Shown here: positions 1-6,567 of the stretch, in pieces
Layout: every line of letters begins with the position of its first letter
Position numbering within the stretch: position 1 is the first letter of the stretch
Source: a virus
Taxonomy: Duplodnaviria; Caudoviricetes
IMG/VR virus record: IMGVR_UViG_3300013108_000417
Span: 1 to 24,340 of that record
Length of the DNA: 24,340 nucleotides
Direction: 5' to 3' (one strand)
The notes under the pieces: generated by a model
The model's database searches: none
Seen by the model: only the letters and a program-made list of their open reading frames with translations
What the model was told of the DNA's origin: nothing
Made by a program: the position numbers and the translations under genes

Positions 1-2
1 TT

Positions 3-305
3 TTTGCCGTTCTTTTTATTAAGGTCGGCTTTCTTATGATATTCTGCTATTTCTTCATCAATCCGCAAATGACGGTAACCATCATCCGTTAATGTGAAAA
101 AATCAGCTAAAACGTTGATCAATGCATCTTGATCTTCTTCTGTAACGAGGCGCAAACGACGAACGATAAAACCAACATCATATGAAATTGGCTTTTCGTC
201 CATGTAATACCAATCGATTAAATCGCGGTAAATACCATGCTCTGCACGAGTTAAATGAACCGTATCTTTTCGGTAGTCGGCTATATTGAATTTATAGTAA
301 TGCAC
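3..305 (-). CDS. YdaU/DUF1376-like phage replication protein (N-terminal part, runs off window)
   Basis: Manual translation from GTG at 305, after an AGGGGG SD: MHYYKFNIADYRKDTVHLTRAEHGIYRDLIDWYYMDEKPI...DGYRHLRIDEEI, typical of YdaU/DUF1376 N-termini. Sits at the lambda O position. Not in the ORF track. Confidence 0.85.
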   Translation of the reverse strand, partial: MHYYKFNIADYRKDTVHLTRAEHGIYRDLIDWYYMDEKPISYDVGFIVRRLRLVTEEDQDALINVLADFFTLTDDGYRHLRIDEEIAEYHKKADLNKKNGK

Positions 306-323
306 CAGCCACCCCCTTTTTTC

Positions 324-352
324 TTGCAAAATGATTTTTCAACCATTAGTAT
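324..352 (+). promoter_or_regulatory. sigma70 promoter antisense to the early operon (pO/pOOP-like)
   Basis: TTGCAA (324-329), 17 bp spacer, TAGTAT (347-352). Confidence 0.6.
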
Positions 353-358
353 TTCCTC

Positions 359-412
359 TTGTACGTTAAGTTTTATTGAAACCGCATTGGCTGCCACCGT
401 TGCGGTTTTTTT
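359..412 (+). ncRNA. putative OOP-like small antisense RNA (~55 nt)
   Basis: Bounded by the promoter at 324-352 and the terminator at 379-412. Same position and orientation as lambda OOP. Start site is estimated. Confidence 0.45.
379..412 (+). terminator. Rho-independent terminator
   Basis: Stem AAACCGCA (379-386) / TGCGGTTT (401-408), with a T7 run at 406-412. Confidence 0.7.
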
Positions 413-416
413 ATGC

Positions 417-575
417 CTACACTATGTAAAAAGTATTTTTTATCCCCTGATAAATATTTTTAACGCGCCTTTCTATCGCCCACGCCAAAAGCCGCGCTTT
501 AATCAAAGCCCGTTCCTGTGGTGTAAACTCGTCAAAAACATCATTTTTTAGGGGTGCTTTATTGTTTTTATCCAT
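417..575 (-). CDS. small hypothetical protein (52 aa)
   Basis: Manual translation MDKNNKAPLKNDVFDEFTPQERALIKARLLAWAIERRVKNIYQGIKNTFYIV. Co-oriented with the operon, GAAGG upstream. Confidence 0.45.
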   Translation of the reverse strand: MDKNNKAPLKNDVFDEFTPQERALIKARLLAWAIERRVKNIYQGIKNTFYIV

Positions 576-593
576 CCGTCAGCGCCTTCAAAT

Positions 594-797
594 TTACGCA
601 ATTAATGTATTACCCTGGTCTTTAAGCTTTCCAACTAATAACATTCGTGCAGCCGTTCGGGGTGGAAGATCATGCTCAGCAGCAAAAGCTTCAAGCTCAG
701 CAAGCCAGAAGTCGTTCAAATTGATTTCGAGTCTGTTTTCGTGCCTTTCATTAGCCGCCTTTCTTGGTCGGCCTCTTTGTCTTTTCTGAATCTTCAT
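594..797 (-). CDS. small DNA-binding regulator at the cII position (AT-hook-like plus possible ribbon-helix-helix)
   Basis: Start reassigned to ATG 797. MKIQKRQRGRPRKA...RLEINLNDFWLAELEAFAAEHDLPPRTAARMLL has an RGRP motif then a strand-helix-helix pattern. Directly downstream of cro. Confidence 0.6.
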   Translation of the reverse strand: MKIQKRQRGRPRKAANERHENRLEINLNDFWLAELEAFAAEHDLPPRTAARMLLVGKLKDQGNTLIA

Positions 798-855
798 AAT
801 ATTTGTCACACCCAGCCTTGGGGTTATGCTCCCAGTTTTTTTAATGGTGATCGCT

Positions 856-1071
856 TCAAATCGCCGCCGATGCTTGAAAAAGATCATCAAGACCTACTGA
901 CAAGCCACGCTTTGAAAAAGCGTCAATTATGCTTTTCGCTGTTTCGATGTCCGGTTGTCTTTGCCCGTTTTCATAATTTGATATTGACGATTGCTTTTGG
1001 CCTAGCTCGAACGCAAGGTCTTGCTGGGTCATATCCAGTTGGCGGCGGTAGAACTTGATTTGGTTTTCCAT
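856..1071 (-). CDS. cro: Cro-like XRE helix-turn-helix regulator
   Basis: From ATG 1071: MENQIKFYRRQLDMTQQDLAFELGQKQSSISNYENGQRQP (XRE HTH). Divergent from cI. Confidence 0.85.
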   Translation of the reverse strand: MENQIKFYRRQLDMTQQDLAFELGQKQSSISNYENGQRQPDIETAKSIIDAFSKRGLSVGLDDLFQASAAI

Positions 1072-1091
1072 AATTAACTTCTCAACAGTTT

Positions 1092-1164
1092 GTGATATTA
1101 AATACCACAACGTGATATTTGTCAATCACATAACGTCGAGGAAAAATATTTTAGGTGTGATATA
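1092..1164. promoter_or_regulatory. OR-like operator region
   Basis: GTGATATT at 1092 and 1112, GTGATATA at 1157, and the imperfect palindrome AATACCAC-AAC-GTGATATT at 1101-1119. The same half-site recurs at 2620-2663. Confidence 0.7.
1097..1125 (-). promoter_or_regulatory. pR-like promoter for cro
   Basis: Minus strand TTGACA (1125-1120), 17 bp, TTTAAT (1102-1097). The spacer is occupied by an operator-like palindrome. Confidence 0.75.
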
Positions 1165-1172
1165 CGTAAGAC

Positions 1173-1874
1173 ATGGATGCAAAAACACAAGCCCAAGCAA
1201 TTGGCGAAAGAATAAAAGAACGACGAAAAGCCCTAGACTTAACTCAAGAGCAACTGACAGAGCTTTGTGGGTGGGAAAGCCAAGGGAGAGTGTCAAATTA
1301 TGAGCGCGGCAAACGGTCGCCAAATTATGATGATGCTTTAACAATAGCAAAGGCATTAAAGTCAACTGTAGATCAAATTATATTCGGCGACACAATTCCT
1401 TTGCCGCTCAGTGAAAATATTGCTATCGCTGATTACAACGCATTTGTTGATATACCTATGATTGATGCTTTTTATCATGCCGGGAACGCGAACGCCGCAC
1501 GGCTAGGGAAAGAGCCAGCCTTCCTTAAATCGCTTAATTTTAGGGCCGACTGGATAGAATACATGGGCTTAGATGTGTCAATGCTTAAAGTTGCCATGGT
1601 TAACGGCAAATCAATGGAGCCGACACTAAGCCAAAGCGACGTAATTTTAGTGGATAAAAGAGAATCGCACATAAACGAAATAGAAAACGGCGCTGTTTAT
1701 GCTCTGATTTTTAAAGAAAAACCATTAGTGAAAAGAGTATATGTCCAAGAGTTTGGCGAGGTCTTGCTTGCATCTGACAACCCGGCTTTTTCTGATAGGG
1801 AATTTTCAGAAGAAGAAGCCAAGGAGATAGATTTTATAGGCCGGGTGGTATGGCGTGGTGGCGAGGTCAACTAA
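1173..1874 (+). CDS. cI: CI-like repressor (XRE HTH plus S24 peptidase, RecA-cleavable)
   Basis: N-terminal HTH (LTQEQLTELCGWESQGRVSNYERG), Ala-Gly cleavage site (HAGN), catalytic Ser (GKSMEP) and Lys (VKRV), C-terminal IGRVVW. Confidence 0.93.
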   Translation: MDAKTQAQAIGERIKERRKALDLTQEQLTELCGWESQGRVSNYERGKRSPNYDDALTIAKALKSTVDQIIFGDTIPLPLSENIAIADYNAFVDIPMIDAFYHAGNANAARLGKEPAFLKSLNFRADWIEYMGLDVSMLKVAMVNGKSMEPTLSQSDVILVDKRESHINEIENGAVYALIFKEKPLVKRVYVQEFGEVLLASDNPAFSDREFSEEEAKEIDFIGRVVWRGGEVN

Positions 1875-1876
1875 GC

Positions 1877-1899
1877 AAAGCCCCAACTAAGGGGCTTTT
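1877..1899. terminator. bidirectional terminator between cI and the lipoprotein gene
   Basis: AAAGCCCC-AACTAA-GGGGCTTTT between convergent stop codons. Confidence 0.75.
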
Positions 1900-1908
1900 G
1901 CGTCAACA

Positions 1909-2514
1909 CTAAATACTTTCGGCGCTGTTTCCTTCAACTTTATCCATAAACTTCCTCAAAAAGTGCTTGGCGGTGCTGTTTCCGCCGGGTGTCTTTTCTT
2001 CTGAAAAGTAAGCGGTTTCATAACCATTGCCAGTATTAATTCTCAGCCGACAATCTTTAGCGTTTATCATTGCTTTTAACGTCTCAACGGGAACCGTAGC
2101 AGAATTTTTACTGTTAGTGTAAATCGTCCGTGAGACTGTATTATACCCGCTATTATCAAACTTAGTGCCACCATCTGTATCAAACGAGAGCTTTTTCCCA
2201 TCGATATTAATATCAATACTTTCATAATTTATGTAAGAAATACCATACCCCGATACAGAATCGTTTTCTAAAATGAGAGCAACAAATCCAGGCGCTTCGC
2301 TATTCCAAAATGCGCCAAGCCTTGTGTTCATTCCAAGCAAGCCTGCATTTGGGTTATAAAGGAACGCGGGAGACAATTTCACATTCCTAGACCCATCAAA
2401 GTCAGAAACCTTTTCACTTATCACCCCAACCCCGCCTAAAGCGCTCATAGAATCCGCCATATTTGCACAACCAGCGAGCCAAAAAACACACACCATTAAG
2501 AAAAACCTATTCAT
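1909..2514 (-). CDS. lipoprotein moron (candidate superinfection-exclusion or lysogenic-conversion protein)
   Basis: Signal peptide with lipobox LAGC (MNRFFLMVCVFWLAGC), AAGGGG SD, own promoter and terminator. The function is inferred from position only. Confidence 0.75.
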   Translation of the reverse strand: MNRFFLMVCVFWLAGCANMADSMSALGGVGVISEKVSDFDGSRNVKLSPAFLYNPNAGLLGMNTRLGAFWNSEAPGFVALILENDSVSGYGISYINYESIDINIDGKKLSFDTDGGTKFDNSGYNTVSRTIYTNSKNSATVPVETLKAMINAKDCRLRINTGNGYETAYFSEEKTPGGNSTAKHFLRKFMDKVEGNSAESI

Positions 2515-2545
2515 AACAACAATCCCCTTAGATTAGTAAGCTTTT

Positions 2546-2554
2546 GTTATAGCA
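2546..2554 (-). promoter_or_regulatory. extended -10 promoter for the lipoprotein gene
   Basis: Minus strand TGCTATAAC (TGn plus TATAAC), about 30 nt upstream of ATG 2514. Confidence 0.5.
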
Positions 2555-2619
2555 AATCCAATTAGGCAATAACACTCATTCAAGCCAATAAAAGCCCGAT
2601 CCAAACAACCGTTTGAAAT

Positions 2620-2676
2620 AATATCACACACAATATCACGTTTCGTGTTGACCAAAATACAACGTACTGTTATATT
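2620..2676 (+). promoter_or_regulatory. pL-like promoter with OL-like operators
   Basis: TTGACC (2648-2653), 17 bp, TATATT (2671-2676). AATATCAC at 2620 and 2632, AATACAAC at 2656. AATATCACGTT (2632-2642) equals the reverse complement of 1109-1119. Confidence 0.75.
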
Positions 2677-2711
2677 TTAAACCATCGAAGCACACAACAG
2701 GAAGCGGAACG

Positions 2712-2969
2712 ATGGCAACTTATATCAAATCTTCAACACTTTCATGGCCAGACCTTTGGAATCATTTCGGCATGTCGAAGGATAACGGCGGGCGCTGGGA
2801 GACAACAGAATCAACACCCAGCTACGTCAATGAGTTTCTTAGCGAAATAAGGGCACCTTCCCGAGCATGGCCAAACACTTACGCTTCAGCAATGTTACGC
2901 CAGAAATTTGCAAAAACTGTTTGCGAGCAAGATCCAGATCTGGCCATCAAGCTTGGTATTGGAGAGTGA
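2712..2969 (+). CDS. hypothetical protein, first gene after pL
   Basis: 85-aa ORF with AGGAAG/GGA upstream. No motif recognised. Confidence 0.7.
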   Translation: MATYIKSSTLSWPDLWNHFGMSKDNGGRWETTESTPSYVNEFLSEIRAPSRAWPNTYASAMLRQKFAKTVCEQDPDLAIKLGIGE

Positions 2970-2970
2970 T

Positions 2971-3249
2971 GTGGGAACTTACACTTACGCACTTATCGAA
3001 ACAGAAGAGCCTACGGAAACTTTGCTACTTGTTGAGGCGCTAAAAGACGAGCCTTTAAAACCAGTTATCGAGGCAGCTTTGTTTGCTCAACACTGCGGCG
3101 TGATGCGCGATTACGAAACGTTAACTAACGGCAGCATTGAGGTGCACTGGCTAGACGATTGTGGCGTTGAGCTTGTTTATCAGGTGGCGCGAGTTACTAA
3201 GCAGCGCACCTTTAAATCATGGGCAGTTGAACACAGGGTCGCGGCATAA
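2971..3249 (+). CDS. hypothetical protein
   Basis: Likely GTG start at 2971 after GGAGAG, in frame with track ORF 2908-3249. Stop overlaps the next ATG (TAATG). Confidence 0.65.
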   Translation: MGTYTYALIETEEPTETLLLVEALKDEPLKPVIEAALFAQHCGVMRDYETLTNGSIEVHWLDDCGVELVYQVARVTKQRTFKSWAVEHRVAA

Positions 3250-3503
3250 TGGAAGACTTAACGTGCATTTTAAAGGAGTTTTTAAACGGCGTTCTTTTGG
3301 TTGTTGTGTTCGCTTTTTTAGCCTGGTTACCCGATTTTGAGGTCCAAAATTATGAGTGCAAGAAATTGGCAGTTGGTTGTTCAGATTACGAATCGAGAAG
3401 AGCAGCACCGACAGAGAATGAAGGCGATAGAGACGGAACGGCTAGAGAACGAAGCCAGCGACAAGAGCGCGTCATTGCTTTCACGTTTACACGCACAATC
3501 TGA
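3249..3503 (+). CDS. hypothetical membrane protein
   Basis: TAATG coupling and a hydrophobic segment VLLVVVFAFLAWL. Heavily overlaps 3352-3525, so uncertain. Confidence 0.4.
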   Translation: MEDLTCILKEFLNGVLLVVVFAFLAWLPDFEVQNYECKKLAVGCSDYESRRAAPTENEGDRDGTARERSQRQERVIAFTFTRTI

Positions 3504-3525
3504 ACTAAAAGAGCTAAGACAATGA
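3352..3525 (+). CDS. hypothetical coiled-coil protein (57 aa)
   Basis: ATG 3352 preceded by a GAGGT SD. ATGA overlap with the next gene at 3522. Confidence 0.55.
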   Translation: MSARNWQLVVQITNREEQHRQRMKAIETERLENEASDKSASLLSRLHAQSELKELRQ

Positions 3526-4046
3526 ACGAAACACAAAAAACACATTACAGAAAAGCTTTTAACTCCCCTTATTTGTCAAGCGCAGATATTGTTGGGCCGA
3601 CCATTCTTACTATTGACAGCGTAAAGCTGAACGGCGACCAAACAAAGAAAACAAAAGACGCATTTAATACGGCTTACTTTGTTGAAAAAGAGTTACGCCA
3701 AGGCGAGCCATTAAAACCAATGATCTTAAATGCTCACAACTCAAAGGTCATGAAAGAGCTAACAGGGTCACCATTTATAGACGATTGGAACGAAGTCAAA
3801 GTGACTATCTATGTTGATTCTAATGTTCGTTTTGGTCGTGACACTGTCGAGGGCTTGCGGATTAGCCCGCAACCACCTGCGCAACAGAAGAAATCAGTTA
3901 CGCCAGAAAACGCAAAGCTTTGGGCTAACGCTAAAGCCGCATACAAAAGAGATGGACATTTTAATGCAGTGCTGGAACGTTGTGAAATTTCCGACGAACA
4001 CCAACAAATGATTATTTCAGAGTGTAATCAAAATGCAGACACTTAA
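3522..4046 (+). CDS. conserved phage protein, candidate recombination/annealing partner of the exonuclease
   Basis: 174 aa (KTHYRKAFNSPYLSSADI...KPMILNAHNSK...DDWNEVKVTIYVD...EGLRI). Immediately upstream of and overlapping the YqaJ exonuclease. The function is positional inference. Confidence 0.6.
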   Translation: MNETQKTHYRKAFNSPYLSSADIVGPTILTIDSVKLNGDQTKKTKDAFNTAYFVEKELRQGEPLKPMILNAHNSKVMKELTGSPFIDDWNEVKVTIYVDSNVRFGRDTVEGLRISPQPPAQQKKSVTPENAKLWANAKAAYKRDGHFNAVLERCEISDEHQQMIISECNQNADT

Positions 4047-4677
4047 TTTTCACGACATAGAGCAAAACACTGATACATGGCTAAACATGCGAGCCGGTTT
4101 ACTGACTAGTTCTAGCATGGGGAAAGTTATGGCTAACTATGGCAAGGCTTTTGGTGATGGCGCTAAAAAACTAGCTGTTGAAATAGCCTTACAACAGATT
4201 ACCGGCAAGCCTTTAGAAAGCGGCTTTAGCAACGCTCACACCGAACGCGGCCACGAGCAAGAGCCTTTGGCACGCATGGCATACGAAGAAGAAACATTTT
4301 GTGTTGTTGAAAATGGCGGCTTCTTTTGTGACGAGTTCATAGGTTGCTCGCCAGATGGCTTGGTTTTGGATTGCGGCTTGGTTGAAATCAAATCTGTAAT
4401 TGCGCCAGTTCATTACGCCAACGTTAAGCGGCAATCAATCGATCCAACTTACAAATGGCAGTGTTACGCAAACTTAAAATACACGGGGCGCGAATGGCTG
4501 GATTTTATAAGTTTCTGCCCTTCTTACCCGCAAGATAAGCAAATTTATGTTTGTCGCATTTACGCCGAAAAGCTCAGCGACGAATTTGAAATGATAGACG
4601 AGCGCGTTCCGAAATTTTTAGATTTTGTTTCTGAAACTCGCCGCAACATTGAATCATTAAATTACACAGTGCATTAA
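4033..4677 (+). CDS. YqaJ/lambda-exonuclease family protein
   Basis: EQNTDTWLNMRAGLLTSS, RGHEQEPLAR, GCSPDGL, LVEIK and YKWQ motifs of the PD-(D/E)xK YqaJ family. Confidence 0.9.
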   Translation: MQTLNFHDIEQNTDTWLNMRAGLLTSSSMGKVMANYGKAFGDGAKKLAVEIALQQITGKPLESGFSNAHTERGHEQEPLARMAYEEETFCVVENGGFFCDEFIGCSPDGLVLDCGLVEIKSVIAPVHYANVKRQSIDPTYKWQCYANLKYTGREWLDFISFCPSYPQDKQIYVCRIYAEKLSDEFEMIDERVPKFLDFVSETRRNIESLNYTVH

Positions 4678-4688
4678 GGTGGACCCCT

Positions 4689-4841
4689 ATGGATCATGAT
4701 TTTATCGCTCGATTTGTTTCCGGCTATGGCTATCTACCGATTTTAAAACAAGATGGTAAGGAAATTTATCGCGGCGAGTTTCAACGAACAGCAATCGAGG
4801 CAATCGAAAAGTGCCAAAACTTTATAGAAAAGGTGAATTAG
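4689..4841 (+). CDS. small hypothetical protein (50 aa)
   Basis: Manual translation MDHDFIARFVSGYGYLPILKQDGKEIYRGEFQRTAIEAIEKCQNFIEKVN. AAGGTGGA SD; fills the exo-ssb gap. Confidence 0.6.
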   Translation: MDHDFIARFVSGYGYLPILKQDGKEIYRGEFQRTAIEAIEKCQNFIEKVN

Positions 4842-4844
4842 ATC

Positions 4845-5288
4845 ATGGCTAGACGCGGGATAAATAAAGTAATCATTTTGGGCAACCTGGGCAACGATCC
4901 AGAAACAAAATACATGCCCAATGGAAATGCAGTAACCAACATTAGCATTGCTACTAGCGAAAGCTGGAAGGATAAAACGAGCGGACAGGAGCAAGAAAAA
5001 ACTGAATGGCACCGCGTAGTTGCATTTAATCGCTTGGCCGAAATCATGGGCGAATACCTTCGCAAAGGTTCAAAAGTTTATATCGAAGGAAAGCTAACAA
5101 CTCGCAAATGGCAAGACCAAAGCGGCAATGATCGCTATACGACAGAAATTGTCGCAAACGATATGCAAATGCTAGATAGCAAGCAAGACGGGCAGCAAGA
5201 TGGGTATCAGCAACAACCCACCCAGCCACAACAACAAAGCGCAGCCGGTGCGGCTAGTAGCGAATTCGACGACGACATACCATTTTAA
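4845..5288 (+). CDS. ssb: single-stranded DNA-binding protein
   Basis: [20 protein letters not shown]...TEWHRVV...[14 protein letters not shown], with acidic tail FDDDIPF. Confidence 0.97.
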   Translation: MARRGINKVIILGNLGNDPETKYMPNGNAVTNISIATSESWKDKTSGQEQEKTEWHRVVAFNRLAEIMGEYLRKGSKVYIEGKLTTRKWQDQSGNDRYTTEIVANDMQMLDSKQDGQQDGYQQQPTQPQQQSAAGAASSEFDDDIPF

Positions 5289-5289
5289 T

Positions 5290-5532
5290 ATGAAATTAAC
5301 TTATTCAGACTTGGCCCATCTTTACCCTAGACATGCAGACCAACCAAAGAAAAAAAGGGTTAAAAAGAAATATAACTGGATAGAAGTCAACCAAAAATAT
5401 GGCGGCAATACTGTCGCCCATATCAGCAAAAAAACCGGCATACATAAGAGTACTATTTATAAGGCTTGTGAGCGTGGACTTATAAATATTGAAAATGTAT
5501 TCGCAGAAGAATACTTGAAGAGTAAGCAATAA
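5290..5532 (+). CDS. basic protein with putative C-terminal HTH
   Basis: ATG 5290 directly after ssb. TVAHISKKTGIHKSTIYKACERG resembles an HTH. Confidence 0.6.
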   Translation: MKLTYSDLAHLYPRHADQPKKKRVKKKYNWIEVNQKYGGNTVAHISKKTGIHKSTIYKACERGLINIENVFAEEYLKSKQ

Positions 5533-5609
5533 TGGAGCGTGAACTAAGCGTAGTAGTTCTTGCTGCCACTTTATTGACTGCGTTAATTTATTTTGGCGCG
5601 CATGTTTAA
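5532..5609 (+). CDS. very small hydrophobic peptide (25 aa)
   Basis: TAATG coupling; MERELSVVVLAATLLTALIYFGAHV. Confidence 0.35.
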   Translation: MERELSVVVLAATLLTALIYFGAHV

Positions 5610-5651
5610 CGTCTGCAAAGTCTTTATTGCGGACATTGGGAGATAAAGAAA

Positions 5652-5990
5652 ATGAAAGAAAAAAATCGATACGCAAAGGCCATTGAAAGCCTTGTTGAGA
5701 TCATGCTACTGCGTGAAGAAATTAAAAAAAACTCCGACATTGTTAGAAAAAATCTAACTGTGAAAGAGTTCTTTAAGCCCGAAGGCATTAAGTTTGAAAA
5801 AAACTTATTAGATCAATGTTTTGAAGGACTGCACGTAAAAGGAACGCCCTACTATATCCAACCAGAAAACTATGTGAAAAGTTCTTTGGTTATGGGCAAT
5901 GAACGCCTGTACCTTCATGAAGAACCCGACAAGGCTTTGAGTGCAGTTTTGCCCGCACTACTTGCAGAAGTAAACCTAAAAGCAGTTTAG
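5652..5990 (+). CDS. hypothetical protein
   Basis: 112-aa ORF with a GGGAG SD. Confidence 0.65.
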   Translation: MKEKNRYAKAIESLVEIMLLREEIKKNSDIVRKNLTVKEFFKPEGIKFEKNLLDQCFEGLHVKGTPYYIQPENYVKSSLVMGNERLYLHEEPDKALSAVLPALLAEVNLKAV

Positions 5991-6030
5991 ACCACTTAAA
6001 GACGTTAGGCGAAACAATAAGGGGCGCAAG

Positions 6031-6210
6031 ATGAGTGTTGTGTATATAGTTCAAGAGATTAGAGAAACGATAGGCGGATATCCTGCCGTACATAGCTTTC
6101 AGGAATTTAATAGCGTGGATGAAGCGCTTGATTATAAAAATAAAATGAATGATCCAAAAAAGAAATATTCTTATTTTAGAGTGGTTGTTGAGGTAAAGAA
6201 AGAATCATGA
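6031..6210 (+). CDS. hypothetical protein (59 aa)
   Basis: Manual translation MSVVYIVQEIRETIGGYPAVHSF...VVVEVKKES. AAGGGG SD; ATGA overlap downstream. Confidence 0.6.
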   Translation: MSVVYIVQEIRETIGGYPAVHSFQEFNSVDEALDYKNKMNDPKKKYSYFRVVVEVKKES

Positions 6211-6338
6211 CTGTATTTAGTTGGATTTGCTTGATTGCATTAATCTCAAGTGGCTTGTATTTAACGTTTAGCGGCTTAGTGGCATACGACAAAATTAAAA
6301 AGCGCATTGATAAACTAGAAAAAGATACGAAGGGCTAA
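6207..6338 (+). CDS. small single-TM membrane protein (43 aa)
   Basis: MTVFSWICLIALISSGLYLTFSGLVAYDKIKKRIDKLEKDTKG. GAGGT upstream; ATGA coupling. Confidence 0.55.
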   Translation: MTVFSWICLIALISSGLYLTFSGLVAYDKIKKRIDKLEKDTKG

Positions 6339-6341
6339 ACC

Positions 6342-6566
6342 ATGCAAGGGCTAACATTATCTAAAGCTGAAGTTATCGAGCTTACAGGCTTTAAGCGATT
6401 CAACGAGCAAAGGCAGTGGCTTATCGATAACGGCTTTACTTTCAAAGTGGCCAAGGATAACGCCATCAAATTGTTGCGCTCTCATGTTGAGGATATTCTA
6501 AACCCTGGGCATAGAGAAAGAACCAAGAAAACTAAAGGGCCAGATTGGTCTGTATTTGAGGCTTAG
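6342..6566 (+). CDS. DUF4224-like protein, putative excisionase
   Basis: LSKAEVIELTGFKRFNEQRQWLIDNGFTF...GPDWS pattern, directly upstream of int. Confidence 0.8.
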   Translation: MQGLTLSKAEVIELTGFKRFNEQRQWLIDNGFTFKVAKDNAIKLLRSHVEDILNPGHRERTKKTKGPDWSVFEA

Positions 6567-6567
6567 C

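Noticed and set aside
800-845. Hairpins between cro and the cII-position gene as a nut/boxB site
   Set aside because: Only weak alternative stems, with no boxA and no N-like gene in the window.
255-1365. Track ORFs 255-551, 562-789, 672-1058, 1055-1303 and 1126-1365
   Set aside because: They overlap well-supported genes or operators on the other strand or frame and have no recognisable features.
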